Shown in pieces: positions 47,345 to 59,325 of a stretch of DNA of 64,000 nucleotides. Within the stretch, counting starts at the first letter, position 1, and each line of letters starts with the position of its first letter. Source of the stretch: Oopsacas minuta (Eukaryota > Animalia > Porifera); assembly GCA_024704765.1 (NCBI GenBank), contig JAKMXF010000336.1, forward strand, positions 133,433 to 197,432, written 5' to 3'. The position numbers and the translations under genes are program-made. Under the pieces are notes generated by a model. That model ran no database searches, was not told the origin of the DNA, and worked only from the letters and a program-made list of their open reading frames with translations.

Positions 47345-49321
47345 ATGAAGAAGACAGGCAATATGTGTCTGTTGTTAGTAGGTTTAGTGATATGTTTGTA
47401 TTGTTATGTTGAGGTTGAGATGTCGGATTGTAATAATGGAGCAGGATATTGTGATTTTGGTAATTCCTCCCTCAGTTGCTACGTCACCAATAATGAAACT
47501 CAGGTTATCAAGAGTTTGTTAAGCAACTGTAGCGGTCAGAGTACAGCATTTGTTACAATATATATCTACAAAGACTACGTATCAACAGTATACGGGAATC
47601 TAATCATTGATGTAGAATTAGCCTCAAATATCCAATATTTACTCATTTACAATTACGAAGATCAAGATAATATCCGTTTAACTACATCTAGTCAAAATAC
47701 TGGATTAACGAGGATATATGTTAGTAGTAGTTATAATATCCAGCTCGAGTCTAAAAACTTTTTCAATTACTTCACAGGTCTAAATTCTATCTACATGGGT
47801 AATTGTATTACAATAGAAACACCATCTTTTACAAATCTACAATATCTAACTGATCTAAACATTAGAATAGTAGGTTCGTCCACGCGTACATTTGATAACA
47901 CAATCGTTAGAGGATTATCTAACCTGATTACACTAAGTTTCTCTAACTCGGATTTCAGTAGCATAACTAAAGGAGCATTGGATGGTTTGAACTCGTTAAC
48001 ACTTCTGAGCTTTGAAAACAATAAATTAAGTATTATTGAAGATGGTACATTCAGTGAACTATCAAGCCTGTTAAGACTCTATCTTCAAAATAATGGAATT
48101 AAGATTATATCAAATAATGTTTTCGAAGGTTTAACTGAACTGACAAGACTGAATTTAGATGAGAATCCAGGATTCCCTATTGAAGCATTGATACATGCAA
48201 GCTATCTTGAACAAATATACTTACAGTACAATGATTATCATACTCTAGACTCATATGTATTCCAGCAATTGAAATCATTTACCGGCATATATATATATGT
48301 AAATGACCCGTTCATCTGCGACTGTAGATTACAATGGACGTCAATGGTATCGCAATATGGGGTATTTATAAATAATGGATATTGTTCCGAACCAAGCATT
48401 TTCTTCCAAAAGTCTATTAATAATCCACTGTTGTATACCAATTGCTCACAAACAGAAGCTTATCAATGCTTTGACAAGTCCATAATCTGTCCCAGTAATG
48501 AAATATGCCATAATACACAAAATGGCTACCTTTGTAGTTGTCCAAGAGGATATTCACTGCATAATTCAGGAGAATGTAGAGACTTCGATGAATGTAATGA
48601 GGCAACTACCTGCGAGCATACCTGTGTCAACACAGACGGTTCATACCATTGTGGATGTGATGAAGGATACAAGATAGCTACTAATGGATATGACTGTGAA
48701 GATGTTAATGAGTGTCAGGAATTGAATGGAGGATGTGAATTTGGTTGTAGAAATTCTATAGGTTCATATCAGTGTTTTTGTGAGTATGGACACAAACTGT
48801 ATAACGAAACTCAATGTGAGGAAAGTATAGAGTGTGAATTAATGGGAGATGATTGCATTAATCCTATAGAGAGTAGTTATAATTGCAAAGGAGGGTTCAA
48901 TCTATCGATCTTTAACCTTTCTTGTCCTAATGTGAATTCTCAAGGGAACACTTCATCAATGCAAACTTGTCCACAAACTGATTCAGGATTGATTATACTT
49001 CCAATAGTTGTTGTTGGTACTTCTTTCGTTTTCAACATTTTTACAACAATTGTAATAATCACACTATTAATTATAATAATCTACATCGTCAGGAAGTCAA
49101 AGAATAAGACAAGTAATCCATCTGACAAGGACACAGAAACACAGATAAAACAAAAGTCTTTCAAGAATGAATCGATCAATAGTTCTATTGATGAACTACC
49201 ACAAGCAGATAACTCTAAAACTACAGCAGCATTTGAATCAAGTCCAATGCTAGGGGAATATCAAAATCTAGCAAAACCACAGAGCTATCCTGCTAAATTA
49301 CAAGATGAAACTTCAGATTAG
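47345..49321 (+). CDS. Type I membrane receptor: signal peptide, LRRs, LRRCT, calcium-binding EGF repeats, TM, cytoplasmic tail; copy 1 (658 aa)
   Basis: LxxLxLxxN repeats, DPFICDCRL cap, DFDECNE...CVNTDGSYHCGC and DVNEC...CRNSIGSYQCFC cbEGFs, hydrophobic TM followed by RKSK; intronless. Confidence 0.92.
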   Translation: MKKTGNMCLLLVGLVICLYCYVEVEMSDCNNGAGYCDFGNSSLSCYVTNNETQVIKSLLSNCSGQSTAFVTIYIYKDYVSTVYGNLIIDVELASNIQYLLIYNYEDQDNIRLTTSSQNTGLTRIYVSSSYNIQLESKNFFNYFTGLNSIYMGNCITIETPSFTNLQYLTDLNIRIVGSSTRTFDNTIVRGLSNLITLSFSNSDFSSITKGALDGLNSLTLLSFENNKLSIIEDGTFSELSSLLRLYLQNNGIKIISNNVFEGLTELTRLNLDENPGFPIEALIHASYLEQIYLQYNDYHTLDSYVFQQLKSFTGIYIYVNDPFICDCRLQWTSMVSQYGVFINNGYCSEPSIFFQKSINNPLLYTNCSQTEAYQCFDKSIICPSNEICHNTQNGYLCSCPRGYSLHNSGECRDFDECNEATTCEHTCVNTDGSYHCGCDEGYKIATNGYDCEDVNECQELNGGCEFGCRNSIGSYQCFCEYGHKLYNETQCEESIECELMGDDCINPIESSYNCKGGFNLSIFNLSCPNVNSQGNTSSMQTCPQTDSGLIILPIVVVGTSFVFNIFTTIVIITLLIIIIYIVRKSKNKTSNPSDKDTETQIKQKSFKNESINSSIDELPQADNSKTTAAFESSPMLGEYQNLAKPQSYPAKLQDETSD

Positions 49322-50991
49322 TCTTACTTTGTAATATACCCAAGTTTCTCAAAGCTTTTACGGACATTAGTTTAGTAACCAGGACTAAACTATAGGTTTG
49401 TCCTCATAGTGTGATTACATATGTCTCCACAGTATTGTATATTTGCTAGGTTTACTCTTGGATTTGAGTTCTTAGATTTAATTCCTGAATTAGCCAGGAA
49501 GTATTGTGAGTGATTTATCATTAATTGTGTATAATTGCCTCGGGATTAATGGACTAACAATACTAATAGGCAGAAACTAATAATTCCAATGTTAATAGTA
49601 TTTAGTGCCAGTGATGACAAAGGATTTATTGAAGTCAGTATTCCTTCTAACTTTCGGGGCAGTACTTTAATGGTGGTGTCAATAATCTGATAGGTACTGG
49701 CAATATTGTGATGAATTCGGACAAATATCCTGGGATCGAACAGATTTAAGCAAAATTCCGAGGGAACTCTGATTGAGATTGGAAGGATTTTAACCGGGGT
49801 ATGAGAGCAGTGGCAAACTGCCAGCGATTATGAAGCTTGCAAGGTTTGGCAAATATCGTCTTGTTTTTCAAATTTACGCAGAATTACATCCAACTACGCT
49901 GTATTAGTTTCTGTGATAATTATCAAACTAGATACACCTAGAACTGGGTTTCGATACTCCTTGGGTAGCTGTTCCCAACTTTTTTCACTCATGACTACCG
50001 TATACCAATTTAGACTATTTATGTAGAGTCTAGATCCTCTCCCATAGATTACAATACAAATTTTGAGATCCTGTGGACCCCTGCTGTCGTTTGGAACATC
50101 AAGGGGTCTCGCTTTTATGGATATATGTCGAGGGTCAATGAGGCTAATGTCACGCCAAAACTTCCAAAACCCTTAATTGCCCAGATTTTTGTAGTCCAGT
50201 CTAATCCAAATATGCTACGTCCCGCGATGTCCCGCAAAATTTGTGTCATCCATCCAGTTTTTTTCTTCACTCAGATTGGCAAGTATGAATACACAGCTGT
50301 CTATAGATAATCACTCATTATATTCTATATTTATGCTAAAATATTCTCACAAATAATGTCCTTTCTGAGAATTATTTTGGAAACGAAGACACTGAGAACA
50401 TCTCAAGGGACATTGGGGGTAAGGATTTCTGCCTCATCCAATCATATGCTTACTGTTCTAACCCAATTAGTGTATAGAAATTGGTGGCTTCTAAATTCTT
50501 GAGTTGAATACATTCTTTATATGGTATTATTACTGTGCTCATGTTTAGCTTCCCAGAGAAATAGATATTTAAGAATATCCATCATATTTACAGAAATATT
50601 CACGTCCCACAGGCGCCGAACCAGTGGGGGCTCGAATCCTCCCTCGATTAATTGCAGCCCCATAGAGCTAATACAAAGAATATGTGTGAGCCATCTGGAT
50701 AGTGCAACCCTGATAAGTACCGGTATGAGATGAATTAATTTGTATAATTTGCAGAACATTGTGGCTAGATAAACACATCATGTGATGCTATTAGAAATGC
50801 AATGAAATAGGATATTGTATTGAATAATATCTCATCATTATATATGCAGCAAGCTATGTGAATTGATAAAACTGAAGAAGTAATGGTAATTGTATTACAT
50901 GAATATTCAAAAAGAATTTATCGATCTCATTTCTTAGTACATCTTTGCTGAAGAAAGAGGTAAATACCATCCGTAATTATTCGTATTCATT

Positions 50992-53019
50992 ATGAAGAAG
51001 ACAGGCAATATATGTCTGTTGTTGGGTTTAGTGATATGTTTGTATTGTTATGTTGAGGTTGAGATGTCGGATTGTAATAATGGAGCAGGATATTGTGATT
51101 TTTATAGTAGCTATCTCAGGTGTTACATATCCAATAATGAAACGCAGTTTGTCAAGAGTTTGTTAAGCTACTGTAGCGGTCAGAGCACAGCATTTGTTTC
51201 AATATATGTGTACAAAAACTACGTATCAACAGCATACGGGAATCTAATTATTGATATAGAATTAGCCTCAAATATCCAATATTTACGCATTTACAATTAC
51301 GAAGATCAAGATAATATTCGTTTAACTACATCTAGTCAAAATACTGGATTAACGAGGATAGGTGTTAGTAGTAGCTATCACATCCAGCTCGAGTCTGGTA
51401 ACTTTTTCAATTACTTCACAAGTCTAAAATCTATCTCCATGGGTTATTGTATTACAATAGAAACACCATCTTTCACAAATCTACAATATCTAACTTATCT
51501 CTACGTTAGAATAGGTTCGTCCACGCGTACATTTGATAACACAATCGTTAGAGGATTATCAAACTTAATTTATCTAAGGTTCCCTAACTCGGGTATCAGT
51601 AGCATAACTAAAGGAGCATTTGATGGCTTGAACTCGTTAACATATCTGAGCTTTGAAGACAATAAATTAAGTATTATTGAGGATGGTACATTTAGTGAAC
51701 TCTCAAGTCTGGAAAGACTCTATCTTCAAAATAATGGAATAAAGATTATATCAAATATTGTTTTCGAAGGTTTAACTGAACTGACAGAACTGAGATTAGA
51801 TGAGAATCCAGGATTTCCTATTGAAGCATTGATACATACAAGATCTCTAAGGTCTCTTGAATATGTAAACTTACAGTACAATGATTATCATACTCTAGAC
51901 CCATATGTATTCCAGCAATTGAAATTACTAAGCCGCATATATTTAAACAACCCGTTCATCTGCGACTGTAGATTACAATGGACGTCAATTGTATCGCAAT
52001 ATGGGATAAATATATATAATGGATTATGTTCTGAACCAAACAATTTCCTCCTAAAGTATATTACTAATCCACAGTTGTATACAAATTGCTCACAAACAGA
52101 ATCTTATCAATGCTTTGACAAGTCTATAACCTGTCCAAGTAATCAAGTATGTCATAATACACAAGATGGTTACCTTTGTAGTTGTCCAAGAGGATATTCA
52201 CTGCATAATTCAGGAGAATGTAGAGACTTCGATGAATGTGATGAGGAAACTGAATGCGAGCATACCTGTGTCAACACCGAAGGTTCATACCATTGTGGAT
52301 GTGAAGAAGGATACAAGCTAGCTACTAATGGATATGACTGTGAAGATGTTAATGAGTGTCAGGAATTGAATGGAGGATGTCAGTTTGGTTGTAGAAATTC
52401 CATAGGTTCATATCAGTGTTTTTGTGAGTATGGACACAAACTGTATAACGAAACTCAATGTGCGGAAAGTATAGAGTGTGAATTAATGGGAGATGATTGC
52501 ATTAATCCTATAGAGAGTGGTTATATTTGCAAAGGAGGGTTCAATCTATCGATCTTTAACCTTTCTTGCCCGAACGTGAATTCGCAAGAGAACATTCCAC
52601 AAAATAACACAATACACCAATCTTGCGAATCAGCAACTACATTTAGACCAGTACAAACACCTACACAGACCAAATGGGAATTTCTACCATTAGCTGTTGT
52701 TGGTATTTCTTTCGTTTTCAACATTTTTACAACAATTGTAATAATCACACTATTAATTATAATAATTTACATCGTCAGGAAGTCAAAGAATAAGACAAGT
52801 AATCCATCTGACAAGGACACAAAAACACAAATGAAACTAAAGTATTTCAACAATGAATCGATCTATAATTCTATTGATGAACAACCACAAGCAGATAACT
52901 CGAGAAACACAGCAGCATTTGAAGCAAGTCCAATGCTAGGGAAATATCAAAATCTTGCAGTACCTCAGAGTTATCCTGCTAAATTACAAGATGAAACTGC
53001 AGACTATCAGACTTTGTAA
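50992..53019 (+). CDS. LRR-cbEGF-TM receptor, copy 2 (675 aa)
   Basis: Same architecture; tail has SIYNSI, KYQNL, DYQTL. Confidence 0.92.
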   Translation: MKKTGNICLLLGLVICLYCYVEVEMSDCNNGAGYCDFYSSYLRCYISNNETQFVKSLLSYCSGQSTAFVSIYVYKNYVSTAYGNLIIDIELASNIQYLRIYNYEDQDNIRLTTSSQNTGLTRIGVSSSYHIQLESGNFFNYFTSLKSISMGYCITIETPSFTNLQYLTYLYVRIGSSTRTFDNTIVRGLSNLIYLRFPNSGISSITKGAFDGLNSLTYLSFEDNKLSIIEDGTFSELSSLERLYLQNNGIKIISNIVFEGLTELTELRLDENPGFPIEALIHTRSLRSLEYVNLQYNDYHTLDPYVFQQLKLLSRIYLNNPFICDCRLQWTSIVSQYGINIYNGLCSEPNNFLLKYITNPQLYTNCSQTESYQCFDKSITCPSNQVCHNTQDGYLCSCPRGYSLHNSGECRDFDECDEETECEHTCVNTEGSYHCGCEEGYKLATNGYDCEDVNECQELNGGCQFGCRNSIGSYQCFCEYGHKLYNETQCAESIECELMGDDCINPIESGYICKGGFNLSIFNLSCPNVNSQENIPQNNTIHQSCESATTFRPVQTPTQTKWEFLPLAVVGISFVFNIFTTIVIITLLIIIIYIVRKSKNKTSNPSDKDTKTQMKLKYFNNESIYNSIDEQPQADNSRNTAAFEASPMLGKYQNLAVPQSYPAKLQDETADYQTL

Positions 53020-54676
53020 TACCGCCAAGTTTCTCAAAGCTTTTACTGACATTAGTTTATTGAACAGGACTAAACTATAGGTTTGTCCTCATAGTGTGAT
53101 TACATAGGTCTCCACAGTATTGTATATTTGCTAGGTTTACTCTTGGATTTGAGTTCTTATATTTAATTCCTGAATTAGCCAGGCAGTATTGTGAGTGATT
53201 TATCATTAATTGTGTATAATTGCCTCGGGATTAATGTAATAACAATACTAATAGGTAGAAACTAATAATTCCAATGTTAATAGTATTTAGTGCCAGTGAT
53301 GACAAAAGATTTATTGAAATCAGTGTTCCTTCTAACTTTCGGGGCAGTACTTTAATGGTGTTGTCAATAATCTGGTAGGTACTGACAATATTGTGATGAA
53401 CTCGGACAAATATCCTGGGATCGAACAGATTTATGCAAAATTTCGAGGGAACTCTGACTGAGATTGGAAGGATTTTACCCGGAGTATGAGAGCAGTGGCA
53501 AACCGCCAGCGATTATGAAACCAGCAAGGTTTGGCAAATATCGTCTTGTTTTTCAAATTTACGCAGAATTACATCCAACTACGCTGTATTAGTTTCTGTG
53601 ATAATTATCAAACTAGATACACCCAAAACTGGGTTTCGATACTCCTTGGGTAGCGGTTCCCAACTTTTTTCACCCATAGACTCCCGTATACCAATTTAAA
53701 CTCATTATGTAGAGTCTAGACCCTCTCCCATAGATTACAATACAAATTTTGAGATCCTGTGGATCCTTGCTGTCGTTTGGATCATCAAGGGGTCTCGCTT
53801 TTATGGATATATGTCGAGGATCAATGAGGCTAATGTCACGCCAAAACTTCCAAAACCCTTAATTGCCCAGTTTTCTGTAGTCCAGTCTAATCGAAATATG
53901 CTACGTCCCGCCATGTCCCGCAAAATTTGTGTCATCCATCCAGTTTTTTTCTTCACTCAGGTTGGCAAGTATGAATACACAGCTGTCTATAGATGATCAC
54001 TCATTAAATTCCATATTTATACTAAAATATTCTCACAAATAATTCCTTTCTGAGAATTATTTTGGAAACGAAGACACTGAGAACATCTCAAGGGACATTG
54101 GGGGTAAGGATTTCTGCCTCATCCAATCATATGCTTACTGTTCTAACCCAATTAGTGTATAGAAATTGGTGGCTTCTAAATTCTTGAGTTGAATACATTC
54201 TTTATATGGTATTATTACTGTGCTCATGTTTAGCTTCCCAGAGAAATAGATATTTAAGAATATCCATCATATTTACAGAAATATTCACGTCCCACAGGCG
54301 CCGAACCAGTGGGGGCTCGAATCCCCCCTCGATTAATTGCAGCCCCATAGAGCTAATACAAAGAATATGTGTGAGCCATCTGGATAGTGCAACCCTGATA
54401 AGTACCGGTATGAGATGAATTAATTTGTATAATTTGCAGAACATTGTGGCTAGATAAACACATCATGTGACGCTATTAGAAATACAATGAAATAGGATAT
54501 TGTATTGAATAATATCTCATCATTATATATGCAGCAAGCTATGTAAATTGAAGAAACTGAAGAAGTAATGGTAATTGTATTACATGAATATTCAAAAAGA
54601 ATTTATCAACCTCAGTTCTTAGTACATCTTTGCTAAAGAAAGAGGTAAATACCATCCGTAATTATTCGTATTCATT

Positions 54677-56698
54677 ATGAAGAAGACAGGCAATATATGT
54701 CTGTTGTTGGGTTTAGTGATATGTTTGTATTGTTATGTTGAGGTTGAGATGTCGGATTGTAATAATGGAGCAGGATATTGTGATTTTTATAGTAGCTATC
54801 TCAGGTGTTACATATCCAATAATGAAACGCAGTTTGTCAAGAGTTTGTTAAGCTACTGTAGCGGTCAGAGCACAGCATTTGTTTCAATATTTGTGTACAA
54901 AAACTACGTATCAACAGCATACGGGAATCTAATCATTGATATAGAATTAGCCTCAAATATCCAACGATTGTACCTTAAGAATGACGAAGATCAAGACAAT
55001 ATCCGTTTAACTACATCTAGTCGAAATACTGGATTAACGAGGATATTTGTTGGTAGTAGCTATTATATCGAACTCGAGTCTGGTAACTTTTTCAATTACT
55101 TCACAGGTCTAAAATACATCTTCGTGGGTTATTGTATTTCAAAAGAAACACCATCTTTCACAAATCTACAATATCTAACTTCTCTCAACGTTAGAATAGT
55201 AGGTCCATTCAGGCGTACAATTGATAACACAATAGTTAGAGGATTATCTAACTTGGTTTACCTAAGTTTCCCAAACTCGGATTTCAGTAGCATAACTAAA
55301 GGAGCATTGGATGGTTTGAACTCGTTAACATATATGAACTTTCAAAACAATAAAATAAGTATTATTGAAGATGGTACATTCAGTGAACTCTCAAGTCTGT
55401 TACAACTCTATCTTCCAAATAATGGAATAAAGATTATATCAAATAATGTTTTCGAAGGTTTAAATGAACTGACATACCTGAGATTAGATGAGAATCCAGA
55501 ATTTCCTATTGAAGCACTGGTGAAATTAACATCTGTCGTAATTCTATACTTACAGTACTATGAGTATCATACTCTAGACTCATATATATTCCAGCAAATG
55601 AAATCACTAGCCAGTATATATTTAAGCGATCCATACATCTGCGACTGTAGATTACAATGGACGTCAATTGTCTCGCAATATGGAGTAAATATATATAATG
55701 GTGTATGTTCTGAGCCAAACATTTTCTTCCAAAAGTATATTACTAATCCACAGTTGTATGCAAATTGCTCACAAACAGAATCTTATCAATGCTTTAACAA
55801 GTCTATAACCTGTCCAAGTAATCAAGTATGTCATAATACACAAGATGGTTACCTTTGTAGTTGTCCAAGAGGATATTCACTGCATAATTCAGGAGAATGT
55901 AAAGACTTCGATGAATGTGATGAGGCAACTGAATGTGAGCATACCTGTGTCAACACAGAAGGTTCATACCATTGTGGATGTGAAAAAGGATACAAGCTAG
56001 CTACTAATGGAAATGACTGTGAAGATGTTAATGAGTGTCTGGAATTGAATGGAGGATGTGAGTTTGGTTGTAGAAATTCCATAGGTTCATATCAGTGTTT
56101 TTGTGAGTATGGACACAAACTGTATAACGAAACTCAATGTGAGGAAAGTATAGAGTGTGAATTAATGGGAGATGATTGCATTAATCCTATAGAGAGTGGT
56201 TATATTTGCAAAGGAGGGTTCAATCTATCGATCTTTAACCTTTCTTGCCCGAACGTGAATTCGCAAGAGAACATTCCACAAAATAACACAATACACCAAT
56301 CTTGCGAACCAGCAACTACATTTAGACCAGTACAAACACCTACACAGACCGAATGGGAATTTCTACCATTCGCTGTTGTTGCTATTTCTTTCGTTTTCAA
56401 CATTTTTACAACAATTGTAATAATCACACTATTAATTATAATAATTTACATCGTCAGGAAGTCAAAGAATAAGACAAGTAATCCATCTGACAAGGACACA
56501 GAAACACAAATGAAACAAAACTCTTCCAACAGTGAATTGTTCTATGATTCTACTGATGAACAACCACAAGCAGATAACTCGAGAAACACAGCAGCATTTG
56601 AAGCAAGTCCAATGCTAGGGAAATATCAAGATCTTGCAGAACCTCTGTGTTATCCTGCTAAATTACAAGATGAAACTTCAGATTATCAGACTTTGTAA
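54677..56698 (+). CDS. LRR-cbEGF-TM receptor, copy 3 (673 aa)
   Basis: Same architecture; tail has FYDST, KYQDL, SDYQTL. Confidence 0.92.
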   Translation: MKKTGNICLLLGLVICLYCYVEVEMSDCNNGAGYCDFYSSYLRCYISNNETQFVKSLLSYCSGQSTAFVSIFVYKNYVSTAYGNLIIDIELASNIQRLYLKNDEDQDNIRLTTSSRNTGLTRIFVGSSYYIELESGNFFNYFTGLKYIFVGYCISKETPSFTNLQYLTSLNVRIVGPFRRTIDNTIVRGLSNLVYLSFPNSDFSSITKGALDGLNSLTYMNFQNNKISIIEDGTFSELSSLLQLYLPNNGIKIISNNVFEGLNELTYLRLDENPEFPIEALVKLTSVVILYLQYYEYHTLDSYIFQQMKSLASIYLSDPYICDCRLQWTSIVSQYGVNIYNGVCSEPNIFFQKYITNPQLYANCSQTESYQCFNKSITCPSNQVCHNTQDGYLCSCPRGYSLHNSGECKDFDECDEATECEHTCVNTEGSYHCGCEKGYKLATNGNDCEDVNECLELNGGCEFGCRNSIGSYQCFCEYGHKLYNETQCEESIECELMGDDCINPIESGYICKGGFNLSIFNLSCPNVNSQENIPQNNTIHQSCEPATTFRPVQTPTQTEWEFLPFAVVAISFVFNIFTTIVIITLLIIIIYIVRKSKNKTSNPSDKDTETQMKQNSSNSELFYDSTDEQPQADNSRNTAAFEASPMLGKYQDLAEPLCYPAKLQDETSDYQTL

Positions 56699-56984
56699 TA
56701 CCGTCAAGTTTCTCAAAGCTATTACTGACATTAGTTTATTAAACAGGACTAAACTATAGGTTTGCCCTCATAGTGTGATTACATAGGTCTCCACAGTATT
56801 GTATATTTGCTAGGTTTACTCTTGGATTTGAGTTCTTAGATTTAATTCCTGAATTAGCCAGGAAGTATTGTAAGTGATTTATCATTAATTGTATATAATT
56901 GCCTCGGAATTAATGGACTATCAATACTATTAGGTAGAAACTAATCATATTGCAATGTTAATAATATTTAAGTGCCAGTGTTGA

Positions 56985-57950
56985 CAAAAAAGCGCCAGTT
57001 TTTCTCCACTCCTCGCGCTTGCGCTCCAGATTTCCGATACTTTCACCGCTACTATATTTCACCTGTCCTATGATATTACGTGTTCTAGCTATTGGAAATC
57101 TGCAGTAGTCGAGTTGTGTGGAATGCTAGATACGTAATTACTTATCCAAATATATGAACGATTTTCCGAGACGTTATTCCATACTGTAGACTTTAGATTA
57201 TCCGAAACTCGATTATCTGATATCTCTGTTATCCGAAAAGTAGGTAACATATATGGTTTGTTAAAATTATCCAACTTTCATCCAAGAATGGGACTTGTGT
57301 GTATTTTGATACAATTTCTTTCGGGAAACAAACATGAATCACATATTCTAATCACGAAACTTGACACCGTATCCGTTTTAACATACATGTTCAATGAACT
57401 ACATGCTGACATCCTATGAGCATCAAAGAAGAGGTTTATACAGGAATTTCTCTCCCTGCACATTTTCTAACAGGGAAACTCCTGAGATTGCACTCTGTGG
57501 GCAGTAACCAACTGAGTCTGTACAAATTTGAGTCACACGCCTGGCACTCTGTGCCCTTTATGGCTCCTAAGTTGTCACATTTAGTTCAACCCCTGCATTA
57601 AACGCTATTTCCTTAAGCACAGGTGTTATAAGTATATATACGATAGTGTTACCTCAAATCAATAGTAGAGGATAATTATGCAAACTTGATTTAACAATTG
57701 TGATAGAATATACGAATCATTCGAAACCCTACGGGAGAATTGCTGAATCTAAAGAGGTAATTGTAATTATTTATAAATATATTTGAAATATATACAAATA
57801 GGCATGAAAATATGATTAATCATATGAAAAATCATATGTAGATATAGAATTGAAAATATCCACATTGAAATCGCCATACTCAATTACCCCTCTCTAGCCG
57901 TTCAGACGAAATATCTGTCATCTTTGTGAAATATATGCAAAAGAGGTGGA
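56985..57950 (+). repeat. Downstream flank duplicated at ~61790-62750
   Basis: Colinear matches including the spurious ORFs starting MSIKEEVYTGIS at 57416 and 62207. Confidence 0.8.
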
Positions 57951-58430
57951 AATGTGACTAATTATACCAGCTTGATTCTAATGGATTTGATTGTGAAAAT
58001 GTTGATGAGTGCCGGAATGGAATGGGGATGTGAGTTTGGGTGTAGAAATATCATCGGTTCATATTTGTGTTATTGTGAGTATGGTTACCAATTATATAAC
58101 GAAACTGAATGTGAGGAAGGAATAGAATGTGTTGTGATTGGAAATAGTGTGAGTCGATTGCCTACCATATTTCAAATGGAAAGCCATTTTATTTGCAAAG
58201 AGGGCTTCAATCTATCCATTCGAACGTAATATGTCCAACTTCTGCAATGGTAATGGCAATGCCAATACTGCACAGCTTCCTACCTCAGCAGGAAACGAAC
58301 ATGAACTACATGCAACTCTCCAATACTGAATCCGACCCTGAAGAGACGAGTGAGGATATGAGAGGATATGAGAGAATATGAAGCCAAAAGAACTCCCCAA
58401 GCGCCTCAGGCGAATTGAACATTAATACAA
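57950..58430 (+). pseudogene. Degenerate EGF-TM-tail fragment of a related receptor
   Basis: ...SNGFDCENVDEC / GCEFGCRNIIGSYLCYCEYGYQLYNETECEEGIEC...CKEGFNLSI with frameshifts; no LRR part. Confidence 0.75.
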
Positions 58431-59325
58431 TTACTCATATGAAATAGTCAATAGTACGTTAGGTCACAAAGTCTGTTAGTTAGATTTCCCATGGGTACTT
58501 GTGTGAAATAGATCATCTGTGTTGATTTTTGAATAGCTCATTCTAATGTCATTATGTTCATTAAATGTCACAATTATCTCTGTTGACACAATGAGCGTAG
58601 CTAGCAATCTACTACAATAGGCTACATTATGAATAGACAAGTTACTTCCACGAAAATATTCTATACAGAAATACTCTATACTTCATGTAAGCTATTTATC
58701 GATTATCATGTAAATGGAGAGTATGAAATTATCTAAGTGCTATTAATTAGTCTACGATATAAGTCGGGAAAAAATAATGTAAGATGGTAAGTGTATATGT
58801 TTGAAATCAGGGACACTGAGAGCACCTCAAAAGTTACGGGAGGGCAAGGATTTCTGCCTCATCCAATCAAATCATTGCTGTTCTAAAGATATCGATTCCT
58901 GTATTTATTGGAGTTTCCAAAACATTATTTTGTAAAATATATTCTGATGGTTTATTATTCCAGTATTCGTGATTGGTTTCCAAGTGAAATTGCGAATTAA
59001 GAATACATATCATACTTACAGAAATATATACAAATATTCATTGTAATGATATCGGAGAAATTAATCAAAAATTGCAGCACATTGTGGCTGGATAAACATA
59101 TCAAGTGACATCATTAGAAAGTCAATGAAATAGGATAAGTTATAGAATAATATTTCCTAATTCTACATGGAACAGGCAATATAAATTGATGAAGCAGTAA
59201 TGAAGTACATGGTAATAGTAGTACATTAATATTGAGAAAGAAAACTGAATTTATCAATCTCATTTCTAAGTAAATCTTTGTTGAAGAAAGAGGTAAATAC
59301 TATTCGTAAATATACGTAATTCATT

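Larger units (their letters stand above)
45585..57000 (+). repeat. Tandem array of ~3.65-3.69 kb units each carrying one LRR-EGF receptor gene
   Basis: ATGs at 47345, 50992, 54677 (spacing 3647, 3685) with near-identical ~1.3 kb upstream and ~0.5 kb downstream flanks; a fourth, more diverged unit starts near 58800. Confidence 0.9.

Noticed and set aside
46416-54444. Small repeated ORFs upstream of the receptors (MSRVNEA..., MFCKLYK...)
   Set aside because: Recur only because the flank is duplicated; starts differ between copies and no recognisable protein features.
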